From Eledone cirrhosa (Eukaryota), in the NCBI GenBank assembly GCA_964016885.1, contig OZ024740.1:122264001-122328000 (forward strand): a stretch of DNA of 64,000 bases, in the 5' to 3' direction. The notes under the pieces are model-generated. The model worked only from the letters and a program-made list of their open reading frames with translations, made no database searches and was not told the DNA's origin. The position numbers were made by a program, and so were the translations under genes. This document shows positions 13,830 to 26,201 of this stretch, in pieces (position 1 is the stretch's first letter; each line of letters begins with the position of its first letter).

Positions 13830-16193
13830 TTATGGCAAGTTCTATGGGATTTATGCAAGCAGAGAGAAAATAAATCCGTACGTTTATTTATTATAGAATT
13901 AAAATAAGAGATAATGGTAAATTTCTCGGCTAGGCAGAGATTACATGTTCTGGATAGGGAAGAATCCTAGTAAGGAGAGGCGTTACAAACCTTCCTCCAA
14001 GAAATGTTGTAGTTGATATTAAGGACCATATGATTTCTGAGAGTGCCATGTTAGTTCTTTTAAGTTGGTATTTAAAACACGAATTGTGATTATAAAATAT
14101 TGCTTTAAAGGAAGTGTAAGTGGAACCAAAATAGTTAAAATAATTAATACCAGTTATAACCTTACATTCATACACTAAATTTTTATAAATTGTTAATAAG
14201 AGGACATTTAGTTCTAACAGGGCAATTACAATTACGATTAGAGAAATTACCAGAGTTATTAACAAGTGACCTAGTATTATTTATAGAAGGAATTGGATTG
14301 CAGAAGTTATTTACGATAGGTGCTAAAGTTTCCTGATTTTGATTGGTGTTATGAACATTCGACAAAGTTCCGTTTGACGTCATATTGAAATTTACGGAAT
14401 CTAGCCTGGAGTTAACATTGCCGTCGGGTTTACTATTGCTATTATTATAACGCTCATTGTTGGATGGATATCATTTATTATTTAATATTTTATTATTATG
14501 TTTAGAGATAATGTTAGAGATGTTGGAAGTAGTGGATTAAGAGAATTTTATTGCATGTTTGTTAAAGATCTTACTACAGATATGCGAGGGATGGAAGCAT
14601 TTATCTAAGGCCCTAAAAAATAGTTTAGGAATATTACAAGTAATAGATAGAGAAAAAGTAGCGTTGTACAAAATCATATTTTCGTATCTAGGTCTTTTCT
14701 TCAAGTTATTGGAATGTTCATAACTAACTATTTTACTATAAGTCCCTCGATGATTGGTTTTGTTACTGTATTTAATTTTATGAGGATAATCGGCTTTGGA
14801 AAGCGCATTATTATAACAATTGGCTTTAGCGTCGAAGATAATTTTGATAGAGGATAGATTTAAGATTCTTTTTTCAACATTTCTGACTATAGCAATTATA
14901 ACGTTAATGGGGTGGCTAGATTTAAAATTAACATAATTTAGATTCTCATTGTCTTTATGGTAAGGGTAATATAGGCCGGTGTCAAGATTAAGGGATATAC
15001 CCAGAAAGTTAGCTAGTTTGACGTTGTTTTCAAATTCAATTTTTAAGCTATGGTACTTAAATAGATCAAGTATATTATTCTTAATAATATTAAGGTTAAC
15101 AAAGTTACAGTTTAAGACAGTAAAAAGGCATCGTCACGATAAATTCCACCGCGAAGTTGAGGAATTTTCCGATTTACAGAATTCAAAATAAAGATACCAA
15201 TCAAGTCCGTCAATTGCGCTGAATCCGACGAACCCATTGTGATATCAAAATTGTTGGAAGTATCAGCTCTAGTCCAATACTCGTTGAATTCCAGGATAGT
15301 TTTTCTTGCGGTGAGAATGATGTAAAGTTCATCTGTGGTAATGTCAGAATATTTAAATGCGAAATATAGAGCGTTGTTGAGGAGTGAAGGCGAAAGAGAA
15401 GAGTAGTAACTGGCAATGTGAAACTAAATAAATTTTTGTTTGTTTTTATTATTCAGGTCATTGAACAAGTTAATTACATCATATGTACCAATCCATAAAT
15501 TTAAGTTAGAGATAGAGCAATTAGAACGAACCTGTGGGATAATTCTAATCAAGATGGATTTACTAACAACCCCAGATCTGATTTAGAGGGGGCGATTAGT
15601 CTAACAGGCAGTTCCGTTCGAAAGTTACTTTTGTGATCCTTAAGATTTATCCTCGGAGTTCTTGGGATGAATTTCTCGATGCCAAGTTTAGACATCATCT
15701 CAGAAGCTTCCAAGTTTATAGATTCCAGATTCTCGTGGTTAGTTTTACGATAATTCTTCCTTAGTTCCATAAGGATATGGTTATTATATTTATCTTTAGA
15801 TACACCATATAAATTATTAGTTTTGTCGGAATGGACTAAGACTTTTTTAGAGGAATTAAGGTCCGAAATCGTATTCCTGAGATTTATAAGGTTCTCCTGT
15901 CCTCTATAAGGGTTTCTCTTGAATTTAAGTCCTCTTATAATATTAGTTAATTCTTTCTCAAATTGTGCTAGATTTTTATTGAAAGGAGGATTTTTTCTAG
16001 AATTGAATAAATTATCAATATCGTTGCGTTCCTTAGTATAAAAATGTCCTCTTAAGAGCTGATCGTGGAAAAAAGCGATCCATCTAAGCCTTCTCACAAA
16101 AGAGTCAATTTTTTCAATCAGAAGTTTAGTGAACTCAGATTTACCAGGTATAGGAATGTCTTTAATTTAAGTTGTTATGTTGTAATAATCCAT
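13830..16193 (-). pseudogene. Naiad-type PLE reverse transcriptase + C-terminal GIY-YIG endonuclease (stops, frameshifts)
   Basis: Hand translation across frames: KDIPIP..LIEKIDSFVRRLRW; SDKT; KDHKSNF..PVRLIAPSKSDLG; FDITMGSSDSAQ; catalytic GIYRDDAF (~15125-15148); SSHP; CNCPVRTKCPL; LVYECKV..YFGST..FK..FYNH; CNLCLAEK..INKRTDLFSLCLH. These match Naiad-clade motifs as I know them. Confidence 0.88.
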
Positions 16194-16240
16194 ATTATAG
16201 AAGAAAAATTAGAGACCATCAAAGGTATCCAATATAAGAG

Positions 16241-16245
<5 letters not shown>

Positions 16246-16295
<50 letters not shown>

Positions 16296-16310
16296 GAGAG
16301 AGAGAGAGAG
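16246..16310. repeat. (GA)n microsatellite
   Basis: Direct reading. Confidence 0.99.
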
Positions 16311-16399
16311 CCGATCCGAAAGACAAATCGAGCAAGAGCAAGAGGCCTTGTGTGGCCCCGTAAGGAAGGATGAACCCTTTATTCAATGAAGAGGGCAAG

Positions 16400-16620
16400 A
16401 ATGTCATCCGAGCGAAGAAGGAACCCTACAACGTTTGGCTTGGAAATAAATCCTTTTTCTTGAAATTGTGACGCAAGCAAGTACGAAGCATCGCAGCAGA
16501 GAGAGTAAAGAAGTACAAAGATAAAACATGGGAGGACCTTGAGGTCAAGCTGGAAGCCGATTTCAAATCAGCAAACAACAATTCTGGCAGACAATCCGCC
16601 GTCTTAGTAATAAGAATTCC
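16400..16620 (+). mobile_element. RTE-clade LINE remnant
   Basis: Translates AAERVKKYKDKTWEDLEVKLEADFKSAN then, after a frameshift, FWQTIRRL, typical of the RTE/Expander pre-RT region. Confidence 0.6.
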
Positions 16621-16747
16621 TACTCCACATCCATCCACACTATCTTGAATGCGATAAACTCTATCGACTTGCACTGGATAGGTTTGTTGCCCAGTGCTAC
16701 ATGACTGAAATGAAAATTAATGCTGCGAGAGAGATACAAATGTGTGT

Positions 16748-16811
<64 letters not shown>

Positions 16812-16889
16812 ACACACATATACACACACACATACACATACACACACGCACACATATATATATATATATATATTTCGTTTAAGAACAAA

Positions 16890-17228
16890 ACGAAAACATA
16901 CAGACACACATAGATGGGACTAACAACCAACTAGTGACAAGTAAATAAACATATTAATAAATGAATAAACACACACACACGGATGTAATGCATGTGTAAT
17001 CTAAGCACACAATACACAAACACACAAACACAAGATGTTGTAGGACAGAACAAATGAAAGATACAAGAGTGAAAATCTAGTAACTGAGGCGGTCACATCA
17101 TGTGTGATGAAAGAGCTTTGACAACATATAAACAACGATCCAACCAACCGGAAGTTTATAATAAATTGAAGTGAAAACGGAAAGATGCGTGTGTTTTTAT
17201 TGGCAGCATGACCCTGCTAAATTATAAC
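16890..17228 (+). mobile_element. PLE pLTR family 2 fragment with degenerate hammerhead at 17084-17123
   Basis: CTGAGGC-ggtcacatcatgtgtgat-GAAA-gagc-TT-tgaca; ends ttattggcagcatgaccctgctaaattataac, homologous to 48021, 55818 and 62400-62477. Confidence 0.7.
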
Positions 17229-17318
17229 TATATATATATATGTGCGTATGTGTGTGTGTCTGTGTGTATATGTTCGTGTATCTATGTGTGTGTGTGCGTG
17301 TGTGTGTATGTGTGTATA

Positions 17319-17360
<42 letters not shown>

Positions 17361-18300
17361 CATAATTGTATAAAAGTATATATGTATACGTTTTTTTATA
17401 GTCTAATTCTTCGTGCATATTTGCTGCTGTTGCTATTCGCACATTGTCAGCACTGATTAATGCACACAGATTTATGAATAAAATCTCTTTCCAGCCATAA
17501 TCAACCCCTTGTTTGTTCTGCAAATAGTAGAGCAAAATTATTCAATATGCCTGTTAATATATTATAGTTTGTTGTTTAAAACAGTTTGGGTTTTTATTTC
17601 ACTGTAGTCAAATATTCACATAGATGATTTTTTTCCAGTGCATTAATGTTAGGCAGATTTTGTATTAAATGTAGTAATGTTTGCTTAATATGGTTAAAAT
17701 AATTATATTGTAGAATTATGTGCATGAAACTTAAAATAAGACAATGGGACAATACTTCAAATATAATGATTTAGCTCAAGCCATCAACGTACATATGTAA
17801 AAATTAAACAATTTCCCTATGGATCTCACAACTTTCAAATGCCATTCAATGAACAGCTTCTCGTCTTTAAAGTACGTACATCCTGGTAGCTACACTTTTG
17901 TTCTCTGTTTCAAATGTACTGCTGAATATATCTGGCGTGTGAAAGTGACACCTACAATATTCTCTGGCCCTGATATAATAGAATCAATGATTTATACTAC
18001 AAAAGTACCTGAAGATCAATACTTCTGGAAATAAATTGATGAAGAGATCTGAACATTCCAAAATAATGACCTAAAACCGAAGCAATATATTCCAATAATG
18101 CGAACTTCATGCATTAAATATACTATATATCCCAGAGTGGAATGTCCAGTTTCACAGGAATATCATTACTAGGAACATGACACGAAGAAAATAATGTCAA
18201 ATCTTTCAATGAGTAAACTATTGCCAGAAACGTAATCACACACACACACACACACTCATACACACACACACGCACGCACCCACACACACACACATACACA

Positions 18301-18350
<50 letters not shown>

Positions 18351-18767
18351 ATCTTCTTCATAGAGATAGGGAATCAAATAAATGCTTAAACCAAATTAAA
18401 CGATACCAAGTCTGCAGACACAATAAAAACTAAACTTTACGACTGGATACTAAAGCAGCTGCTCAAACAAGGAAATGAGGAGGTACTATAACTGTAATGT
18501 TTGTAGACTTACCACAAAGTTTGTCATTGGATAATATGTTAGAACAGATTTCGTTAAAATATATTTAGATTGACAATAAATGTAGAAGTGATTTTTGTTC
18601 GTAAACTATGAAGTAAAGAACAATATATTGCGCATGAACTTTCTTTGACGATATGATAACGCATGAATATACATTATATATATAATATATGTGTGTGTGT
18701 GTGTGTGTGAGAGAGTGTGTGAGTGTGTGTGTGTATGTGTGTGTGTGCGTGTGAATTTATTATATAA

Positions 18768-18828
<61 letters not shown>

Positions 18829-18926
18829 AAGAAGAAGAAGAAGAAGAAGAAGAAGAAGAAGAAGAAGAAGAAGAAGAAGAAGAAGAAGAAGAAGAAGAAG
18901 AAGAAGAAGAAGAAGAAGAAGAAGAA
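18768..18926. repeat. Compound (TAA)n(GAA)n microsatellite, about 42 pure GAA units
   Basis: Direct reading. Confidence 0.99.
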
Positions 18927-20096
18927 GCACGAGGTGGCGGAAGGCCATGAAATCGCTCCCGTAAGTTTTGAATTTTTAACATATTTAAATCATTTGTGAA
19001 ATAACAACTCTTAGTAAAAATGCAACGTAAAGCATCCGGCTTGAGCCCCAAAAAATTCGGACCCAAAATATATTGTTATAAGGCTCAAATATTCAAATAT
19101 TCAACTTTGTATTGTACATTGTATATTCAAAAAAGAAAATGGCTATAAATGGAAGAATAACCCCCCCCCCCTCCTCTGTCTACACTATATAGAACAGCCA
19201 AACAACACCAATCTCACCAACACCAGAAACTAGATACACCACCTACCCCATCACCTCTCTGTGTACACTAAACACAACAGCCAGATAACGGTAATTTCAC
19301 CACCACCACTCACTACTGCCATCATTACCACCACTCCTTCATTGCTACCACCGCTACAACACCATCACTACAGTAATACGATCACATCACCACCACCACT
19401 GCCTCGGTATCGACATCACCACCACCACTGTCTCAGTATCGATACCGCCGCTACTGTCTCCCACATCTCCCCGCTGGCTGCTGCCACCACATTATAGAAT
19501 TACTATTATAGAATTACTATTATTATTATCTCAAATTTAAAAAAAAAATGTTTAATCCCAATTTTACGGGAATATGTCAACACAAAATATAATAAAAATA
19601 TATATTAAACATACGAACACAAACTCATAGATACTACATATCAGTAACCACAACGCCACCGCTGCCACCACCCCACCCCATCCATCATTTCTACCACTAT
19701 CCCATCGTCGCCGCCACCACTCCTTCAATGCTACCACCACTATTCCTCTGTTAACTTGAGAGAGAAGGGGGAAGGTGGCGGTATCACTAGACAAGGGAGA
19801 GACTAGCAAAAGATATAAATAGATTGACTTAGTGACCTGGCCACTATGGGACTGCTGGCTCACCCCTTTCTCACCAACAATATAAAAAGCCCCGGCACCA
19901 CCACCGACATAGCCAACAACAATAACAGCCAACTACAACAAAAAGTATATTATATTATTGTAATGCACTGGGTGATTGCTGGCCTTGTGCCTGGAGTGGA
20001 GACAATTATTAATAATTTCATTCTTAAGCCACGCAATCCTCACATTAAGGAACCACTCATGATAATAACAATTTAAAAAAAACAACAAAAAGAAAA

Positions 20097-23000
20097 CCCC
20101 GTGACCAAGAAATACCGGGATGGCGGCCGGCGGGGAATAACCGTGTCTCTAGGGGAGAACGACCCCTCTAGTCTTGGTTGACAATCGTTCTAGAAGTGGT
20201 AACACGAAATGATTACCCCTTGGCGGATAAGGATAAAACGCGACAAAATAAAGTAAATGTCTAATGATAAAATCTCATACCGGATCGGCCGTCAGCCGGG
20301 TAAAAAAGGGCCGCGTCCCTCAGAGAGGAACCAGACTGGGGTCGAAAAATCAGCTAATGGTTCAAACCTTCCCATCACTTCGGAGCTGGAGACCTCCCAT
20401 AACCGGAATACTCTTACTGTTGGCCCTCCATGCTCACCACCAAGAAATCCAAAGAAAAAGAGAGAAAAATGGTCAAGGGAAGATAATAAAGAAGTCCTTG
20501 AGGCTTTCTACACTGCCATGTACTACCCATCAAATACATCGAATACAGAACAGACATATATCAACTGGAAAAAGAAACATTCTGGAAACAGAGGCTATAT
20601 TGACAGTAACAAACTAGCCAATATACGAAGAAATATTGTAAGAAAAAAGTTACGAACTGATATCGAAATTGATCAGATCAAGCTATTAGCGCAAAGTCAG
20701 CGAAGGGAAAATGAAACATGTGTCAGTGAAAACGAGGTAAACTGTAACACTTCGAATCCCAGGGTTGGGGCGGAATCACTGGCAACAGAACAAATTAAAG
20801 AAAGGAGCGAAAAAGTGGAGGGAGTGCATGCTCAGGATGAAACTCCAAATGAAAATAATGAGATCGTAAATGATAAAGAAATGAATGAGAATGAACTTGC
20901 CAACTTGAAGGATGAAATTATGATCGAATGGATGAAAATGAAAGAATCTGACATGGGGCAACGAGACACGCTCCCTAAGATCCAGAACTCCAAACAGAAC
21001 CAAAATATAATACACAAGACTAACATAATTCTCAAAAACATTATCATCACAAACAAACTAAACATTACTGATTTAAATCATCTCTATTATACATCGGCTA
21101 AAGTCACCACTCACTTATGTGGAGTGAAGATGAAAAAACAAAGGAATTCCCACAAGAAATATACTTGGCAAGAGAACATCAATCGCCAAATAAACCTTCT
21201 CCGATCTGACATAGAAATTTTAACAAACTATAAAGTAGGTGAACATGTTAAACAAACTAAACTTAGAAAATTGAAAAAAAAGTACAGTATAAAATCGACA
21301 TGTGACATAGACATGCTGATAGAAATAATCAAGCAAAAAGTGTCGGCCAAAGCTGCTCGTATAAGTCGCTTTGAAAAACGATCTAGATTCTATAAGGACA
21401 ATAATATGTTCAAAAACAACAAAAGAAACTTCTACAGAAAAACTGGTAAGTCAACAATAACTGCTAAATCAATACCACCCAAGGAGGAAGTGCAAGAATT
21501 CTGGGAAAAGATCTGGGCCGAAGAAAAAGTTCATAACATACATGCCCCATGGATAGACAGACAAATGAAAGATACAGCTCACCTTGAGGAACAAACATGG
21601 GAAAATATAACAGTTGAACAGTTGCGCTTGGCTCTAAGAAAAACCAGCAAATGGAAATCCCCAGGAAAAGACAAAATACAAAACTTTTGGATAAATGCCT
21701 TCACAGAGTATCATGAGCTGTTAGCCCAACTTTACAATGAAATAGTTAAGGAGCCAGAAAAGATACCTTCATGGCTAGTTAACGGCATTACATTCCTGCT
21801 TCCGAAGAATGATGAGACAAACAACCCCCAAAATTACAGACCGATAACTTGCTTGACCTCAATGTATAACATTTTAACATCAGTCCTAACTGAATACACA
21901 TATGACCACCTGATAACAAATGACCTATTTCCCATTGAGCAGAAAGGGTGTAAACGAGGCTCATATGGCTGTAAGGATCAGCTTCTGGGTAACAAAATGA
22001 TACTGGAAGATTGTCATAATAGACACAAAAATCTATCGATTGCTTGGATAGATTATAAAAAAGCATTCAATAGTTTGCCAAACAGTTGGATTGAAAAATG
22101 TTTAGAGATTTTCAAAATATCCCCCGTTGTCAGGAGGTTTTTGTCATTCAGTATGAAGACATGGAAAACGACACTCCTTTTGAATAGTGAAACAAAATCA
22201 CTGGAAGCTGAAGAAGTTAATATTAAGTGTGGAATTTTTCAGGGTGACTCTTTATCACTGCTTTTATTCTGCATCGCACTTATACCATTAAGTAAAATGC
22301 TCAATGAAACAAAACATGGATATAAAGTCTATGACAAAACCATTAATCACCTGTTCTACATGGATGACCTGAAACTATTTGCAAAAAATGATGAACAATT
22401 GCAAGGGCTATTATCCACTGTGAAGCAGTTCAGTGATGACATTAAAATGGAGTTTGGACTAGATAAATGCGCCAAAGCAACGTTCACCAGAGCAAAGCTG
22501 CTGTAGAGTTCAGACATTAATCTTGATCGGGGGAGCGTGATAAGAGAACTTGATCAAGAAAAAACTTACAAATATCTAGGTGTTTGTGAAGGAGACGGAA
22601 TCAAGCACTCGACAATGAGGGAAAGGATAAGGAAGGAATGTTACCGCAGAGTAAGAGCAATCTTAAGAACGGAATTGAATGCAAGGAATAGGATCGATGC
22701 CATAAACACGCTTGCCATACCAGTAGTAACCTACAGTTACAATGTCATCAACTGGTCAAGCACAGAGATCCGTAGGCTCGATACAAAAATTCGAAAGTTC
22801 TTAACCATGCACAGAATGCATCACCCTAAGGCAGATATAGATAGAATATATCTCCCTAGGAAAGAAAGAGGACGTGGGTTAATCCAGTTAGACATTGCGT
22901 TGAAAACTGCAACAATTGGATTATCTACATATCTAAGGGAATCACATGATTGGATAATCAAACTCGTTTTGAAACACGAAAGCATCAAAAGATCATATTC

Positions 23001-24058
23001 CATTACAAAAGATGCACAAAGATACAGTAATGGACTACAAATTTCAGAAGTCCCATTTACTGCTGAAATGGAAAACACAGAAAAAGCAAAGCAGGTAAAA
23101 GTAACTGCAAAGAAAGAACTGCTACAGAAACTGGCTAAGAAATAGCAAGAAAAGCCTCTGTATGGAAAATACCCAGAGCGAGCCATCAATCCTGATGTTG
23201 ACAAAACTTTAACCCATCGTCTGGACTGAAATCGGAGACTGAAGGACTGATTATATTGGCACAAGATCAGTGTCTGCCAACAAAAAATTACCAAGCCAAC
23301 ATAATAAAAAATTGGTGCAGCCCATTATGCCGTGTATGCAAAAAACAACCAGAGACCATTGACCATATAATCTCAATGTGCAGTCCTATAGCTCCAACCG
23401 AATACCTAAACAGGCATGACAGAGCTGCACAATACATACATTGGATAATGTGTAAGCATTTTGACCTGCCCCATCAAAAGAATTGGTGGGAGCATCAACC
23501 ACCTCCCATACTTGAAAAAGATCACATCTCAATCTTGTGGAACTTTAGCATCCAAACAGACCGAAAAATAGATGCAAACAGACCTGATATAATATTGAAT
23601 GACTTTCAAAAGAGGGTATGCCTGCTAATTGATATGTCTGTTCCAATAGACAAGAATATATCTATAAAAACATTTGAAAAATTGAGCAAGTATAAGGACA
23701 TGGAGATAGAAATTGGAAAAATGTGGAAATTGAGAACTAAAACAATACCAGTGGTTGTAGGCGCTCTGGGAATGATTCCTAAGGGGTCTAATGATTACTT
23801 ATCGCAAATCCCAGGAAACCCGCGTATAGGAGAAATACAAAAGATAGTACTAATGGGAACTGCCCAAATACTAAGGAAGATTCTGTCAATATAAGTACAT
23901 CACAAGTCTAAACACTAAAGATGAATGTGTGAATATGTATGTTCTTTCTTGAACATGGCGGACCTTGTTGTCTCTTGAGGTCACTGGTTGTGACTTGGTG
24001 ATAACTCGTATGAACATAAAGCAAGATAAATGCAACTGTAATAATAATAATAATAATA
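20097..24058 (+). mobile_element. Dong/R4-clade non-LTR retrotransposon (RLE type), apparently full length, inactive
   Basis: GC-rich 5' UTR, single long disrupted ORF, short 3' UTR, ends in (TAA)n 24039-24058. Confidence 0.92.
20257..23894 (+). pseudogene. R4/Dong polyprotein: N-terminal domain, RT, CCHC finger, restriction-like endonuclease
   Basis: ORF pieces 20257-22506, 22537-23145, 23256-23894: WKSPGKD, NYRPITCL, EQKGC, AWIDYKKAF, GIFQGDSLS, HLFYMDDLKL, YKYLG, RGRGL, CRVC..ETIDHIISMC, RHD, RPDII, LIDMSVP, EKLSKY; stops at 22504 and 23143. Confidence 0.93.
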
Positions 24059-25920
24059 GGGAGGAGACACACTGATCTTGCCATGGGATGGATAGACTAC
24101 ACAAAGGCATTTGACATGGTGCCTCATTCTTGGATCACCAAAAGCCTGGAGATCTTCAAGGTGGCAGATAACATCAGACAGTTGCTGGGCAGAAGTATGG
24201 GGTCCTGGGAGACAGAGTTGACATCAACTGGAGAATCCTTGGGAAGCGTGAAGATCTTCCAGGGAGAATAGCCTGTCCCCTCTGTTGTTTGTCCTTGCCC
24301 TGATGCTCTTGACCATTATGCTGCGAAAAGAGAGAGCAGGATACAAGTTGGGAAAGGGAGAGATTACCATCAATCACCTCCTCTTCATGGACGATCTTAA
24401 GCTCTTCGGGAAGAGTGAGAAGGAGTTGGATGTGCTTGTTGACACTGTCCGTATTTTCAGCAGTGATATATGTATGCAGTTTGGTATTAGTAAGTGTGGA
24501 GTCATTGTGATGAGGAGGGGTAGGTTGAGCAGAAGTAACGGAATCCAGATACCAACAGGTGAGATGATAAAGGGAATTGACTCTGAGGAAGGATACAAGT
24601 ATTTGGGCGTTCTGGAGGCTGATGGCATAAAGAACAAAAAAATGAAGGAATTGTTAAGAACTGAATACATTCGGAGAGTAAGGAGCGTATTGAAGTCAGA
24701 TCTGAACAGCAGAAATGCCATAAGCGCAGTAAATTCCCGAGCTGTGTCCATTATTAGGTACAGTGCCGGAATTCTGAGATGGAATGTTGCTGAACAAAAC
24801 AAAATGGATAGGAAGACTAGGAAGCCATTGACTATCTACAACACGTTCCACAAGAGGAGTGATGTCGATAGACTCTACTTAAGGAGATCTGAAGGTGGAA
24901 GAGGTCTTATCAGCATAGAGGACAGTGTTCAGATGGAGAAAAACAACCTACACAAATACGTGACTGATAGTAAGGAGCCAATGCTCAGAATTGTACTGAA
25001 GGAGAGGACAATAGACCAAGGGATGTCCAAGTAGGAAATAACAACAAGGAGAGAGAGCAGCCTTCATGAAAAATCCCTTCATAGTACCTTCTTTGAGAAA
25101 ACGGAATTCAGAGATCCACAGACATGTAACTGTTTGAAAAGAGGAGGCCTTAAAAAGGCTACAGAAGGAATGTTAATGGCTGCGCAAGAGCAGGCCCTCA
25201 AAACGACGTGGCTGAAACACCATATTACAAGGAGGAGGCTAGCTCACTGTGGAGGATCTGTGGAGAGAGAGAGAGGAGACTGTGGCTCACATTGTATCTG
25301 AGTGTAAACACCTAGCCCAGACTCACTATAAAGGCTGGAGACATGATGTGATGGGCAGGGTGTACCACTGGCACCTATGCAAAGTAAACAATTTACCACA
25401 TTCTGAGAAGTGGTATGAGCATAAGCCAGAGTCGGTGATAGAAAACGATCAGCTGAAGGTGCTGTGGGATTTTAGGATACAGACGGACAAGAAACTGGAA
25501 CACAATAGACCCGAACTGGTGGTTTTGGACAAGGAAACAAGAACGTGACTAGTTGTGGATGTGGCCTGCCCATTCCACACGAGAGTGCAAGAGAAGGAGA
25601 GGGAGAAAAATTAACCGATACCAGGACTTAAAGTGGGAGGTAAAAAGGATTTGGAACTGCCATGAAGTCAAAGTGGTTCCGATTGTCATAGACGCACTAG
25701 CTACTAGCTCAAGGAGTTTCCAGGGATGGTTAAAGAAGATTAGTCCAGCCCCACTGTTTGGAACACTTCAAAAGGCATGCTTGCTGTAAAGAGCAAGAAC
25801 CCTCCGGTACCTCTGGAATATCTGAGGCTGCAGGTAGCAGCTTGATATTCATTTCAACAAACTTTCAAGTTAAATAATATCAATGATTGAGACTAAAAGT
25901 ACAATAATAATAGTAATAAA

Positions 25921-25950
<30 letters not shown>
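24059..25950 (+). mobile_element. Second, divergent Dong/R4-clade element, 5'-truncated within RT
   Basis: GWIDYTKAFDMVPHSW, HLLFMDDLKL, YKYLG, EGGRGL, ETVAHIVSEC, WRHD, HNRPELVV, KINRYQDL; multiple frameshifts; ends in (TAA)n 25903-25950. Confidence 0.9.
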
Positions 25951-25951
<1 letters not shown>

Positions 25952-26201
25952 TTTTCTTTATTAACCACAAGGGTTTACATAAAGTAGACATTAAGGACAG
26001 TACAGGACACTACAGGACGGTACAAATGGGCATATCTGCGTGTAAAAAAAACAGAGGATGTAATAAAATAACAAGAAAAATTCCCCAATAGGGGGGAGAC
26101 TTCCGAGGGACATTTGTGGAGTAAGCACATTAAAAGGCCACAGTGATCCTGCCCACCAGGGCAAGTGCCCTTTCCCAGTTTTCCACCTGTAAAAGTTTAA
26201 T

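Larger units (their letters stand above)
12735..16230 (-). mobile_element. Penelope-like element, Naiad-type, near full length, decayed
   Basis: Disrupted RT-GIY-YIG ORF 16193-~13830 followed by a ~1.1 kb 3' region ending in a hammerhead-bearing pLTR; bounded by (TA)n at 12684 and (GA)n at 16246. Confidence 0.88.

Noticed and set aside
13830-14240. Selenocysteine (TGA) codons in the Naiad GIY-YIG domain
   Set aside because: The conserved Cys codons I can read are TGT/TGC; one Cys is lost in a frameshift; no SECIS recognised
17819-18200. Possible exon
   Set aside because: Short open frames on both strands but no homology I recognise
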